From: Mobula hypostoma
Lineage: Eukaryota
Direction of reading: 5' to 3'
NCBI RefSeq assembly: GCF_963921235.1
Contig: NC_086118.1
Coordinates: 18,044,001 to 18,108,000 of the forward strand
DNA length: 64,000 bases
Positions 49,982-62,700 of the stretch are shown in pieces (the stretch's first letter is position 1; the number at the start of each line of letters is the position of its first letter). The position numbers and the translations under genes are program-made. The notes under the pieces were generated by a model. That model worked only from the letters and a program-made list of their open reading frames with translations, ran no database searches and was not told where the DNA came from.

Positions 49982-50175
49982 GCTCTAGCATCTATGGAGG
50001 AGTTTCGAAACCTTGACCGTGATATTGAAGGCTCTGCCAAACGATGGAAGAAGTTTGTGGAGTGTGAATGTCCAGAGAAAGAGAAGTTTCCACAGGAGTG
50101 GAAAAACAAAACAACTTTGCAGCAGTTGTGTATGATGAGGGCACTGCGTGCTGACCGAATGACCTATGCAGTCCG
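49982..50175 (+). CDS. DNAH9: Dynein heavy chain exon F
   Basis: Acceptor ttttttaacgttattAG, donor CG|GTAAGA. 194 nt, phase 0-2, [64 protein letters not shown](R). Confidence 0.95.
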
Positions 50176-51194
50176 GTAAGAACAAAAGGTCCCTTCATTG
50201 TTACAATTAAAGTTGAGTTTATTGTCGTATGTACAGGTGCAATAAAAAAAACCCTGCAATGACATTACATCATATAAGCAGCATTCACAAGAGAAACCTA
50301 AAGTGTACAAAGTATTTATAAGAAGGAACTCAATGTTAATGTGCAAAATAACAAATAACGGTGTTGCTATACCGGGGTGGTGATTTGGGTTATTCATGTT
50401 GGTTCAAGAACCAAATGGTTGAAGAGAAGTAACTGTTAATGACCATTTTCAATAATTACTCGTTAATGGTTCAGGATGTTGTAGACTATAAAATCTTCAT
50501 AGTGATCTAATGATTGTGCATTTGTACCACTATTAAGCTGTGTATTACTAAATTCTGAACCAGCAAACACTTACCAGGTCACTTTGATGGAATTGATCCA
50601 TTTTGACCTGATAATAAATTTAACCTTCTGTTCTACATTTACTTTATAAAAAAGAAAATGGTGCCAATAATAACAGGAAGATTAAGTGGCTGTGTTCGTC
50701 TGGGCGAGGCTTCTGAGAAACATGACATTCCCTCATATTTTTGATTCCCATTTCCCAGCCAAGCCCAACCATTCTGAGAGGCTGACCTACCATCAGGTGG
50801 ATAGTCTTTGACACTGGGCCACATTTACAGGGTGGTGGGATAGACCAAACTTTGTAAAGTAAGTTAGTCTGACTTTGAGGTAAGAGCGGGGCAGGTATAA
50901 TGAGCTGAACATTGGGAGGCTGACTCAGGTAGAATCTAGTGTTGAGGAGATCCATTTCTAGAGGTGATGCCTAAGCACAAGGGTGAGGTCCAATTGCAGA
51001 GAAAGTAAATCGCAATGGTCAGTATCAGTTATAGGTTTGGGAAAGCATTCTACTATACCTTCTGAGGCAGGGCCTTAGGCCAAATATAACATAGTTCCAC
51101 TCAGGTTTTCTGAGTGCTGAGATGACTGATCAGGCTACTTTGGGACTGCAGATTCTTCTACAGATGGGTCAGGAGGTTGTTGTTAGAGTGAGCA

Positions 51195-51930
51195 GATGGA
51201 TGCCTTGTGTGGTGCTGTGCTCCTTCTATCTCTTACGTAAGGCCTCTCAATGCTCCTGATACATGACCTCAAGATTTTCAATGCTTTGTCCACTTGATGC
51301 CCGTCATAAACTAGAGGTTTGCAAGAACTGGTGAATATTTTACCTTTCCTCAATGATGATCTGCATATATTCTTCAATCTTTTTGCTCTTTCCACTGAGT
51401 AATCTCCACTCGTGATCAATATTGGAATAGAATGCCTTTTTACAGGAATCAGCGTCAAGCACCTGAATGTCATGGCCAACGCAATGTAGATGCTGGGGAG
51501 TAACTGGGCCTCGGTGCTGGGGATGTTGGCCTGATGTTAGTTGGTTATCCTCTCAGTGAATTTGGAGGATTTTATGGATACACCATTATTGACTCTATAC
51601 CTGCTAACAGGCACAATCAGGAATATCTGATTGAACGTATGGTGACTGATAGATTAATTCATGAGAAGTCCAGAGGAAATACCTGAACTTTTCTTCTGCT
51701 AGTAATGTGCATCTGGTACCTGATCTTTATCCATGATGAAGGCACCCTCAGAAAGTAGGAAAGCAGTGTTTTTGATCAGAATGCACTTCATCATCCATGG
51801 AGAATTAGTACATTCTCAAATCCATGCAAGCAAATGAAATAAGCTTTGAATATAGGCCATCCACATTCTCCATACCGATAGATGAATAGCTTTGGTGGTG
51901 AACGTTTGGCAGGTGCAAATTCATTTTTGA
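51195..51930 (-). mobile_element. Decayed RTE-clade LINE RT/C-terminal fragment
   Basis: The reverse strand reads like the RTE RLRWxGHVxRM...FYSEL...KRFKD region (QHLHCVGHDIQV...AFYSNI...KRLKN). Confidence 0.55.
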
Positions 51931-51998
51931 TTGCTGGCAAACATCAAAGTCAGTGCATGTTGTTATACAGTAATAAAAACCTGTCTTTATCTCCTCAG

Positions 51999-52147
51999 TG
52001 ATTTTGTTGAAGAAAAATTGGGCAGCAAGTATGTCGTGGGGAGGTCACTGGATTTTGCAACATCCTTCGATGAATCTGGACCGGCCATACCGATGTTTTT
52101 TATCCTTTCTCCTGGTGTTGATCCACTCAAGGATGTAGAAAGACACG
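51999..52147 (+). CDS. DNAH9: Dynein heavy chain exon G (start of AAA6)
   Basis: Acceptor tttatctcctcAG, donor G|GTAATA. 149 nt, phase 2-1, [49 protein letters not shown](G) (FILSPGVDP motif). Confidence 0.95.
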
Positions 52148-52164
52148 GTAATATTTCATGTATC

Positions 52165-52740
52165 TTCAGAGTCATAGCGCAAAAGCAGGCCATTTAACCC
52201 AATTTGACAATGCTGACCAATGCATACCTTTGTAGCTTTACCTACACGCACCGCTTCCTCTGGCAGCTAGCTCCATATGCCAACCACCCTCTGTGTAAAA
52301 GAAAGGTTGTCCCTTGCTTGCCCTTTAAACCTTTTTCCTCTCACCATTCATCTATACGCTCTAATTTTAGACTCCCCTATCCAAAGTAAAGAAAGTATAG
52401 CCATTCACCTCATCCATTCCCCTCATGGTTTTATATACCTAAATAGGGTCATTTCTCAGCCTCCTACACTCCAAGCATGAAAACTCCAGCCTACCTAGAC
52501 TTCCTTTCTGGTCCTTGTGAATCTTTTCTGCATCCTTTCCAGTTTATAACATCTTTCTGCTAATTAGGTGACCAAAACTGCACACGCACAATACTCCCAG
52601 TGTGATCTCACCAACATCTTCTACAAATATAACATGGGGAGTTGCAACTGTGCAACTACTTGAGCTCAGTGCTCCCACTAATGAAGGCAGACATGCCAAT
52701 GTCTTCACCATCCTGTCCACCCGCACTGCCAGTTCCTCAA
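52165..52740 (-). mobile_element. Decayed CR1 3' fragment starting about 18 bp after exon G
   Basis: cagagtcatagcgcaaaagcaggccatttaaccc tail; ggtgaccaaaactgcacacg...atactcccagtgtgatctcacc. Confidence 0.75.
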
Positions 52741-52949
52741 GAGTTAAAACTGAAGTTAAAATGGAACAGCTGCTCATAACTGACAATGACAACTTTAAAT
52801 AATCATTTAGCAATTGACCAGCATATGATCAATAATAATTACGATCATCCATTATGTCACGTCGTGTACTATTGAAACAGTCCAAGCAGGTGACAGCAGT
52901 TGTAAAGCTCATTGCTCCATGTTTTCAAATTCATGAGTGAAATGTTGAA

Positions 52950-53645
52950 ATTAAAACTGAACATGCTGGACACAATCACTGGTGTAGGCAGAAGCAGTTG
53001 AGGCTTCAAGTTCACCAGCAAAACAAAAAGGTTAGGTTTTAGTGATGGGGGTGTGGAAGGATGGGTAGAACAAAGGACACATCACTGATTGCGTGAGACT
53101 AAATGGTTTAATGTATCGGTAGAAGTATAAGTTAGGATCAGATTACGCTTCTTTGTATGTGCAATGAGTTTAATAGTAAGGGTATAGTTATGCCCAGCAG
53201 CCCAACCAAGACAAATAGGAAAAGAAAATTAGAGTGAATATGATGATAAGCAGTAATGGCTAGTTTGGATAAAAAGTAAGAGCAAGTTTTTCAACTTTGA
53301 AGAATTTATAACTGAATTCAGAAGGCTATGTGTACCCGGATGGAAGATGTATTGTCTTTCCAGTTTGTTTTGAACCTTGTTTGAACAGTGCAGGGGGCCA
53401 CTGAATGGTCATGGTGGAAAAGAGATGTTGAATTATGATGTGGCCAATTGGAAGCTCAGGGTCGCCCCATGGTCTGAACAAAGGTGTTCCTCAAAGCAAT
53501 CACCCATCTCTATTTGGTTACTCAAATGTACAGAAGTTTACGTTGTAAACACAGAATTCAGTAGACTAGATTGGCAGTGCAAACAAATCACTCCTTCAAC
53601 TGGATAAAACTTTTTGTTCCCTGGATGGTGGGAAAGGACATGTGG
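52950..53645 (-). mobile_element. Penelope-like element GIY-YIG endonuclease remnant
   Basis: The reverse strand of about 53575-53480 translates NLVY*ILCLQRKLLYI*VTK*R..GDCFEEHL, a decayed NLVYCIxC..C.LLYIGETKRRLGDRFxEHL. Confidence 0.7.
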
Positions 53646-54232
53646 TGCAGTTCCTGTGGTTGTGAAATACTGATTTGGGACTAAATTGTGATTCACGTCA
53701 AGATTTTGCATATATTTGGGTTAGCCACAGTTTGTTTTTGAAGATGTTGTCTACACTAATTGAGGAGCTATCACATTGCCTTTTTTGAAGGAAAGGTACA
53801 CAAAAAAGATAGTATTTAAAGCACAGAACCCAATGATAAAACTACAGACTGGCAAAGATTAATTGTAATATTTCAATTCATGTACACAAACCTTGACTTC
53901 TAAATATGTTCCTGGTTTAACTGAGAACATAAATATTATATTTTTATAAAAATGAGTTTATCAATATATTATGTAGCTAGTGGCAACTTTGAATGGCCTG
54001 TCAAAATTGTGTACAAATTATTAGGTAAAAATTTAATACATCTGAAAATTTAATAAAATATATTTCCTTATTGCTTTCTGTATGCGTATTCACATTAAAA
54101 TGCAGGGAAGCATAATAGACTGTATTCAGTATAGTGATAGACACAAAGCTGAGTCATCACTTTTGTGTGATCGGATTAGATCATACTAACAAAGGATGAA
54201 GTGCTCATTCTCATTTTGTTTTTCAACTGCAG

Positions 54233-54360
54233 GCAAAAAGCTGGGTTTTACATTTGACAACAGGAACTTCCACAATGTCTCACTCGGACAGGGTCAGGAA
54301 GTGGTAGCCGAGCATGCTCTTGACCTGGCAGCCAAAGAGGGCCACTGGGTTATTTTACAG
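54233..54360 (+). CDS. DNAH9: Dynein heavy chain exon H (AAA6)
   Basis: Acceptor tttttcaactgcAG, donor CAG|GTATGT. 128 nt, phase 1-0, [42 protein letters not shown] (SLGQGQ and GHWVILQ motifs). I did not find the next exon (NIHLV...) in the window. Confidence 0.95.
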
Positions 54361-55666
54361 GTATGTAACACATTTCTGCTATTTGGATATATTATGCAAT
54401 ACTGATTCTCTGCGCTTTATCTAATTACGTGATTTGGCTTTTTTTTGGGACTCTTTTGATATCTGTTCTATCACATTTAAAAGTGGACAGGGTAAATTTA
54501 TTTCAAATCATTTTGTTATTTACAACAGATATTCTGTGGATCTACAGATGCCACTATATCTATGCTCTTCCTCCAGTTTGCTAATTTTCCAACTGATCCG
54601 CAAGCAGATCTGTACAGTGTGAGGAGAGTGCAAATTTATTAAATATGTGTTGGAGTAATGTTCAGTAAATAGCAGAATCTAAGCAAATTCACTGCACAGG
54701 AAACACAGAAGAAATATTGATTTAATAATGTATCCATATTACTCTCCACTGATCCATGTTGTGAATGACGTCATTAGATGCAGTAAAAAACTGCATTGAT
54801 CTTAATTCCTGTCAGCTTCCTACTGACCAAATTTGCTATAATGTTGATTTTTAACATGTGTTTCAAAAATTAGATTCATACACCATTGACTCAGTGGCTA
54901 CAGCCCACTGAGTAATCTTTGGCTCTGCTTACAGCTCATTAATATCTTTTTAGCTGTATCATCTCTAGGTACATTTTATAAGCAGATCTCAGAGTTAACT
55001 ACATCCTGTTATTTTTAGATTGTGCTTAGTTTCTGTAAAGTTTCCAGCTTGTAATCCATTTGTTTTATGAAGAAAAATAACTATTTATGTATACAATTAT
55101 ATAGAATTATATAGAAACAGTGTGACTACTCAGTCATTATTTGAGATCAGCCACTTTTCCCCCAGTTTGGTTCCATTTTGTGAATAAGAATGAGTTAAGA
55201 TACTTTGTCTAGAATATAACAACCAAAAGCAAATTGTGTGTGGGTTGCTTTGCAGTATTTGCATTTGATACCCAAGCCTGTAAGTGTAAACTAATTTCAA
55301 ATGTAGTTCTAATTTTTCTTATGAGTTCTCCATCTGCCTGAAGTTCATTTGTAAAGAGAAATAAAAATTATTTAAAAATAACTGATTAATATTAGTATGA
55401 TAGTGTTTAATAGTGCAATGCTTGACATTAATACTGTCACTTGTCCTTTCTTTCTGTTGTCGATCTTTGATTAACTTAACTAGACTTATTTAAAATGTCC
55501 TAAAGTTGATTTACTTTCGTTTTTTGTAAGCTCCAGCAAGACTATCTTTTACTTCTCAGGATCTGTCAGTTGATCTGTGTGTCTGGCAGATAAATAGTGT
55601 TTTCTCATTAGTTTTCAAAAGTTATTGTGGTTCTTCTCACTGGAATAGATTTGACTCATCACAGCA

Positions 55667-55831
55667 ACACACCCAAAATGCTGGAGGAACTCAGCAGGCC
55701 AGGTAGCATCTAAGGAAAAGAGTACAGTTGACGTTTTGGGTTGAGACCCTTCAGCAAGAAGGGCCCTCCAGCATTTTGTGTGTGTTGCTTGGATTTCCAG
55801 CATCTGCAGATTTTCCCTGGTTTGTGATTGG
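55667..55831. mobile_element. Short Penelope-derived insertion with inverted terminal segments and 16-bp flanking direct repeat
   Basis: gcaacacacccaaaatgctggagg ... cctccagcattttgtgtgtgttgc form an inverted pair. Flanks TTGACTCATCACAGCA (55651-66) and TTGACTCATCATAGCA (55832-47). Confidence 0.75.
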
Positions 55832-56464
55832 TTGACTCATCATAGCACTGTTCCTTTACACTGGTGACAGCTTAGTAACAAACTCTTTCTCATAAGTAAG
55901 GCTAACTTTTAGTGAAACTGGCCTCATACATTTTCTACCAAATTATGTGCCTGTAAATCCCTTTGGAGATGATTTTTCTGATTTCCTAATTGTTTTGTTT
56001 CTTAAAAATAATACACAAAGCTGTTTCATGGCTGAATATTTTAACTCTATTGTAGTAGCTACAGCGCTCCAAAATGGATTAATAAATATATTATCATAAA
56101 CGTAAAGCACATTAATGCAAGCTATTAGCCAGAGCCGGTTAAATTTTAGTCTCAAGAAATGACTGATGTATTATACAAATGGTTCTTGGTAAACCAACGA
56201 ACACCTTGCTTGGCGCCTTGCTAAACATTCAGCAGCACACGAGGTCTTAGATGAAGCTTGTGAAGAATATCAGGGAATCAGTTAAGTCTGTACACAGCAG
56301 CCATTAGGAACTGACATCAGGGTGACAGCTGCTTTTGCGGAATGAGATCAATAGGATCTTGATAAATTGGGGAGGACATCAGTAGACGTTGTGGAGCATA
56401 AGAGTAGAATATTAATCTGGTCAGTCTAGCAGATCAGTGAGTAGTGAATGAGAATCAGGTTTAT

Positions 56465-56790
56465 TATAAGACCTTTTGGCCTATGAGTATGCTCTGTCAT
56501 TCCATCATAGCTGATTTATTATCCCTCTCAACCCCATCCTCTTGCCTACTCCCTGTAACCTTTGATGCCCTAAGTAACCAAGAACCTAGCAACCTTTGCT
56601 TTAAATATAGTTAATGACTTGGCCTCCACAGCCATCCTTGGCAATGAATTCCATAGATTCACCACCCCCTGGCTAAAGAAATTCCTTCTCGTCTCTGTTC
56701 TAAATAGATGTCTCTCTGCTTTGAGGCTGTGCCCTCTGGTCCGAGTCTCACTTACATTTTCTTAACATCCACTCTGTCTAGGCCTTTCAA
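56465..56790 (-). mobile_element. CR1 3' fragment (same subfamily as 18422)
   Basis: ttattatccctctcaacccc...gacttggcctccacagcc...ggctaaagaaattcc is closely similar to 18498-18730. Confidence 0.8.
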
Positions 56791-56930
56791 ATCACTGACT
56801 ATGTCATGAAATTTGTTTGTTTTCTGGAAGCGGTACAGTGCAAGACATAAAACATTATTATAAATAACTAATGGGTGTTTCTGGAGTCCGGTATGAGTCT
56901 TAGTCCTATGAAGTGGTGTCAATTAGTACC

Positions 56931-57020
56931 AGATACAAAATGCTGGAGGAACTCAGCAGGCCAGGCAGCATCTATAGGAAAGAGTACAGTCGATGTTTCA
57001 GGCCAAGACCCTTCATCAGT
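56931..57020 (-). mobile_element. Penelope-like terminal fragment with hammerhead core
   Basis: Reverse complement reads CTGATGA-agggtcttggcct-GAAA-catcgactgtactctttcc...gatgctgcctggcctgctgagttcctccagcattttg. Confidence 0.75.
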
Positions 57021-57449
57021 ACACTTCTGAGCTAGACTGGGACTTATTGAAGCAAATCATTCACATGTATGAAGACTTTTGTAGAAGTAGCCTCTATGCT
57101 TGCAATTCTGTCCTTGGGCTGAGCCTGTTCTGTCTGAGTTATTCCATGCGCGAGAGCATCAGAGGCATGGGAACCCAGTAAGGATATCACTGAGTTCACA
57201 CAACCTGCAGATTATTCCTACTTCCTTTTTGTAAATTTTTCCATTGAATTTAAATCATAATGCACAAAAAGATAGTGCTATATGAACCAACATTGTGGTA
57301 AACATTACTTTTAAATAGTTATTTTTAGGGTGCTGTTCTGGGATAGCATTTGAATCTATTTTCGAATACTGTCCCAGAAATGCTTGTAAACTGTAAACCT
57401 GAAAATTTGATAAATATTGACAACAAAATAGGACAATATTGCATAGCAG

Positions 57450-58420
57450 AGAAAAAAAATCCTTCCGTAGAAGCATGGTGGAAAGTATATGAAATGATTG
57501 CATTACAGCCTGGTGTGGAAACACCAATGCCCAGGAACAAAAAATGCTACCGAAAGTGGTGGATTGTCAGTCCATTACAGGCTAAGCCCTCCCCATCGCT
57601 GAGTATATTTACGTAGAGCGCTGCCGCAAGAGAGTAGCATCCATCATGGAAGACCCACACTAAGCAGGCCATGCCCTTTTCTCACTGTTACCATCGGGCA
57701 CGAGGTACAGAAGCTTTCAGTCCAACATCGCTGGATTCAGAAACAGTTATTACCCCAGCACCATCAGGATCCTGAACCAGCTTGGTAACTTCACTCTTTA
57801 TTAAGAACTGATTTTCTATGGCCTACAGGCTCACTTTCAAAGGTTCAAAAGGTTTAACGGTTCAATTTAATGTCAGAGAAATGTATAGAATATGCATCGT
57901 GAAACGCTTTTTCTTCGCAAACATCCACAAAAACAGAGAAGTGCCCCAAAGAATGAACGACAGATAAACGTAAGAACCCCAAAGTCGTCCCCTCCCGCAT
58001 GTAAGCAGCAGCAAGCAACAATCCCCCTCCCCCCACCAGCAAAAAAAAACAAGCATTGGTACTATCACCCAGCACTCAAGCATGAGCAAAGCAATAGCAA
58101 GACGCAGGCTTGCATCGACAAACCGCTGATTTTCTCTCTCCCTAAAAAGGGCTCTTTTCAACTCGTGTTCTCAGTACTACTTTTATTTGCAACTTTTATG
58201 TGTGTTGCTTGAATTTCCAGCATCTGCAGAATTCCTGTTGTTTATTTGCAGCTTGCCTTCTTTGCATGTTGTTGTTTGGCAGCTTCATCTATATATTTAT
58301 GGTTTTATATAAAATTATATTGTATTTTTTCTTGTAAATGTAAATGCGTGCAAGAAAATAAATCTCAAGGCAAATAGTAACATATATGCAGTTTGATAAT
58401 AAATTTATTCTGAACTTTGA
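57450..58420 (+). mobile_element. Rex1/Babar-type LINE 3' part with nested antisense insert (about 57837-58146)
   Basis: gtagcatccatcatggaagaccca...ccatcgggcacgaggtacagaagc...accatcaggatcctgaac (ASIxxDP..PSGxRYRS..TIRILN). Tail gataataaatttattctgaactttga. The insert begins (ttcaaagg)n. Confidence 0.75.
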
Positions 58421-59794
58421 AATGAAGGAGTTTCAATGTTCATTATCAGAAATCTCACTTCACATATTTCAGTCAACTCAATTTATTATGTGAATGACTT
58501 CCACATATTATTGCTTCAGTTGCTGTTGTAAATTAAACAGCAAGCTTCCAAATGGATAATACTGTAGGTGTTAATCAAGTTTTTGCTGCAGAATTGGAAC
58601 AATTCATCATTTCTTTCAGTGCTGCCAAGCTTATTTTGTTATTTTACCTTGTAAAGTGGGTAGTTTGCAGCCATTGTCAAACTCTCATTGCAATTATCAG
58701 TAGTAATAGTTTGTTGTTCTTTATAACAATGGAGGTCATTGTGGGTCGGGTTTTTTTTTAAACTCTATGCTGCTTTGGAGGAAGATTTCGTATTTAGATT
58801 GCTGTTTGAAACTATAATGGATACTTCCTTTGTCGTCTTCTTGGCTGTATGCTTTCCAGTATTGTTCAAAGTGCGTGCTTAGTTTAGAAAATGTTTGATA
58901 ATTTGTGGTGTGATTTTCTGCTCATCCAGACATTTGATTCAGTTCAGTGAAGTGCCTTTTCTTGAAAGAATGAATCCGACGGATATAAATGGAAAATTGC
59001 AGTTCTATGAATAGATAAGCAGCTTGGAAATTGTTGTGAGAAATTGGCCCAGAAACAGTCATCCACTGAGTGTGGTGAAGAATGGGATTACGATGGGTTC
59101 AGTAATATACTGTGACAATGAAACGTCATTAGGCATCGTCAACCTCCATGGAATTAGGTATTTAACAGATTAAAATACAAATTTAATTGTCATATGGTGA
59201 TATGTACTGATTCTTGATACAAATAACAAAAATCTGCATTTATATGGAATGATTGGCATGACCTGATGCAGGTCTGAGATATTTGAGGAATATCAGGTCT
59301 GAGATATTTGAGCCAAATAAGGAAGTGCAGTCAAGTCTTAGATACAGTCAGTGTTCAGGAAGTACTCAAAGGATGAAAGGAAGATATAGAGGGGCAAGAA
59401 TTCAGGGAATGAATTTTTAAGTGTGCAGCTTTTTTAGCTACAGGTACTATTGTCAGGACTTTATTGGTAAAATCTAGGTCAATGAACCCTCAGCTGGAAG
59501 TTACAGAGATTATGAGATGTGTGAACATGGATTTAAATAGAATTTTCTATAGCAGGTACTGAGCTACCAAGAATCAATGGAGGTTAGTAAGGTCTGGAAT
59601 AAATAGGGGAATGGTCCTTGTTGAAAAATATTCTACAGTTTCTGAAGTTTATGTCAGGTGAAGGATAAGAACTTGGGTTGATGTGCATTGGAGTATACTA
59701 ATCTGGACATGACAGACAGGGTGTTGAAGTTTTTAGCGCACATGGCTGAGGTCACCATTTCGTGGGTTTAAGAAAGGGGAGAAATATGTTTCCA

Positions 59795-62700
59795 ATATCA
59801 ATGCCGCTCATCATCATATACACCTCTATCAGGTCAACTCTCATCCTATGTCGCTCCAAGGAGAAAAATCCAAGTTCACTCAACCTATTCTCAGAAGGTA
59901 TCCTCTCCAATCCAGGCAACATCCATCTAAATTTCCTCTGCACCCTTTCTATAGTTTCCACACCCTTCCTGTAGTGAGGTGACCAGAACTGAGCGCAGTA
60001 CTCCAAGTGGGGTCTGACCAGGCTCCTATATAGCTGTAACATTACCTCTCACTCTTGAACTCAATCCCATGGTTGATAAAGGCCAATTCACCGTATGTCT
60101 TCTTATCTCCACAGTCAACCTGCACAGCAGCTTTGAATGTCCTATGGTCTCGGACCCCGAGATCCCTCTGTTCCTGCACACTGCCAACAGTCTTACCATT
60201 AATACTATTTTCTGCCATAATATTTGACCTACCAAAATGAACCACCTCACCATTATCTGGGTTGAAATCCATTTGCCACTTCTCAGCCCAGTTTTGAATC
60301 CTATCAATGCCCCACTGTAACCTCTGACAGCCCTCCACACTATCCACAACACCCCCAACTTTTGTGTCATCAGCAAATTTACTAACCCATCCTTCCACTT
60401 CCTCATCCAGATCATTTATAAAAATCATGAAGAAAAGGGGTCCCAGATCAGATCCCTGAGGTACACCACTGCACACCAACCTCCATGCAGAATATGACCC
60501 GCCTACAACCACTCTTTGCCTTCTGTGGGCAAGCCAATTCTGGGTCCACAACGCAAGGTCCCTTTGGATCCCATGCCTCCTTACTTTGTCAATAAGTCTT
60601 GCATGGGGTACATTATCAAATGCCTTACTGAAATTCAAATACACCACATCTACTGCTCTTCCTTCATCAATGTGTTTAGTCACATACTCAAAAAATTCAA
60701 TCAGGGTCGTAAAGCACGACCTACCTTTGGCAAAGCCATGCTGACTATTCCTGATCATGTTATGCCTCTCCAAATTTTCATAAATCTTGCCTCTCAGGAT
60801 CTTCTCCATCAATTTCTCAACCACTGAAGTAAGACTCACTGGTCTATAATTTCCTGGGCTATCTCTACTCCCTTTCTTGAACAAGGGAACAACATACTTC
60901 ATACTTTATTGTCACCAAACAATTGATACTAGAACATGCAATCATCACAACGATATTTGATTCTGCGCTTCCCGCTCCCTGGAGTACAAATCGATAGTAA
61001 ATATTAAAAATTTAAATTATAAATCATAAATAGAAAATAGAAAATTGAAAGTAAGGTAGTGCAAAAAAACCAAGAGGCAGGTCTGGATATTTGGAGGGTA
61101 CGGCCCAGATCCGGGTCAGGATCCGTTCAGCAGTCTTATCACATCTGCAACCCTCCAATCCTCCGGAACTTCTCCCGTTACCATTGATGATTCAAAGATC
61201 ATTGCTAAGGGTCAGCAATCTCTTCTCTCGCCTCCCACAGTAGCCTGGGGTATATCTCATCCAGTCCCGATGACTTCTCCAACTTGATGCTTTTCAAAAG
61301 CTCCAGCACGTCCTCCTTCTTAATGCCTATATGCTCAAGCTTTCCAGTCACTGTAAGTCATCCCTACAACTGCCAAGGTCCTTTTCTGTAGTGAATACTG
61401 AAGCAAAGTATTCATTAAGAACCTCCACTACCTCCTCCGGTTCCATACACACTTTTCCACTGTCATACTTGATTGGTCCTATTCTCTCACGTCTTATCCT
61501 CTTGCTCTTCACATACTCGTAGAATGCCTTGGGGTTTTCCTTAATCCTGCTCACCAAGGCCTTCTCATGGCCCCTTCTGGCTCTCCTAATTTCATTCATA
61601 AGCTCCTTCCTGCTAGCCTTATAATTTTCTAGATCTCTATCACTACGTAGTTTTTTAATCCAAACCTTTCGTAAGCTTTTCTTTTCTTCTTGACTAGATT
61701 TTCAACTGCTTTTGTACACCATGGTTCATGTACCCTGCCATCCTTTCCCTGTCTCATTGGAATGTACCTGTGAAGAAAACCATGCAAATATCCCCTCAAC
61801 ATTTGCCACATTTCTGCCGTACATTTCCCGAGAACATCTCTTCCCAATTTATGCTTCCAAGTTCCTGCCTAATAGCTTCATATTTCCCCTTATTCCAATT
61901 AAACGCTTTCTTAACTTGTCTGTTCCTATCCCTCTCCAACGCTATGGTAAAGGAGATAGAATTATGATCACGATCTCCAAAATGCCCTCCCACCGAGAGA
62001 TCTGACACCTGACCAGGTTCATTACCCAGTTCCAGACCAAGTACAGCCTCTCCTCTTGTAGGCTTATCTACATACTGTGTCAGGAAACCTTCCTGAACAC
62101 ACCTAACAAACTCCACCCCATCTAAACCCCTTGCTCTTAGGAGATGCCAATCAATATTGGGGAAATTAAATTCCCCCATCGTGACAGCCCTGTTATTACT
62201 GCACCATTCAGAATCTGTCTCCCTATATGCTCCTTGATGTTCCTGCTACTATTGGGTGGTCTATAAAAAGCATGCAGTAGAGTTATTAATCCCTTCCACC
62301 CACAGGCACTCAGTAGACAATCCCTCCATGACTTCCTCCTTTTCTGCAGCTGTGACACTATCTCTGATCAGCAGTACCACACCCCCCACCTCTTTTGCCT
62401 CCCTCTCTGTCCTTTCTGAAACATCTAAAGCCTGGCACTTGAAGTAACCATTCCTACCCTTGAACCATCCAAGTCTCTGTAATGGCTCCAACATCATAGC
62501 TCCAAGTACTGATCCATGATCTAAGCTCACCTGCTTTGTTCATGATGCTTCTTGCATTAAAATAGACACATTTCAAACCATCAGTCTGAGCACATCTCTT
62601 CTCTATCACCTGCTTATCCTCCCTCTCACACTGCCCACAAGCTTTCTCTATTTGGGAGCCAAACACCTCTTCCTCCATATCTTCAGTTTGGTTCCCACCC

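Noticed and set aside
551..54360. Assignment to DNAH17 or DNAH11
   Set aside because: Exon B ([17 protein letters not shown]) and exon G ([42 protein letters not shown]) fit my recollection of DNAH9 better. A phylogeny or synteny check would be decisive.
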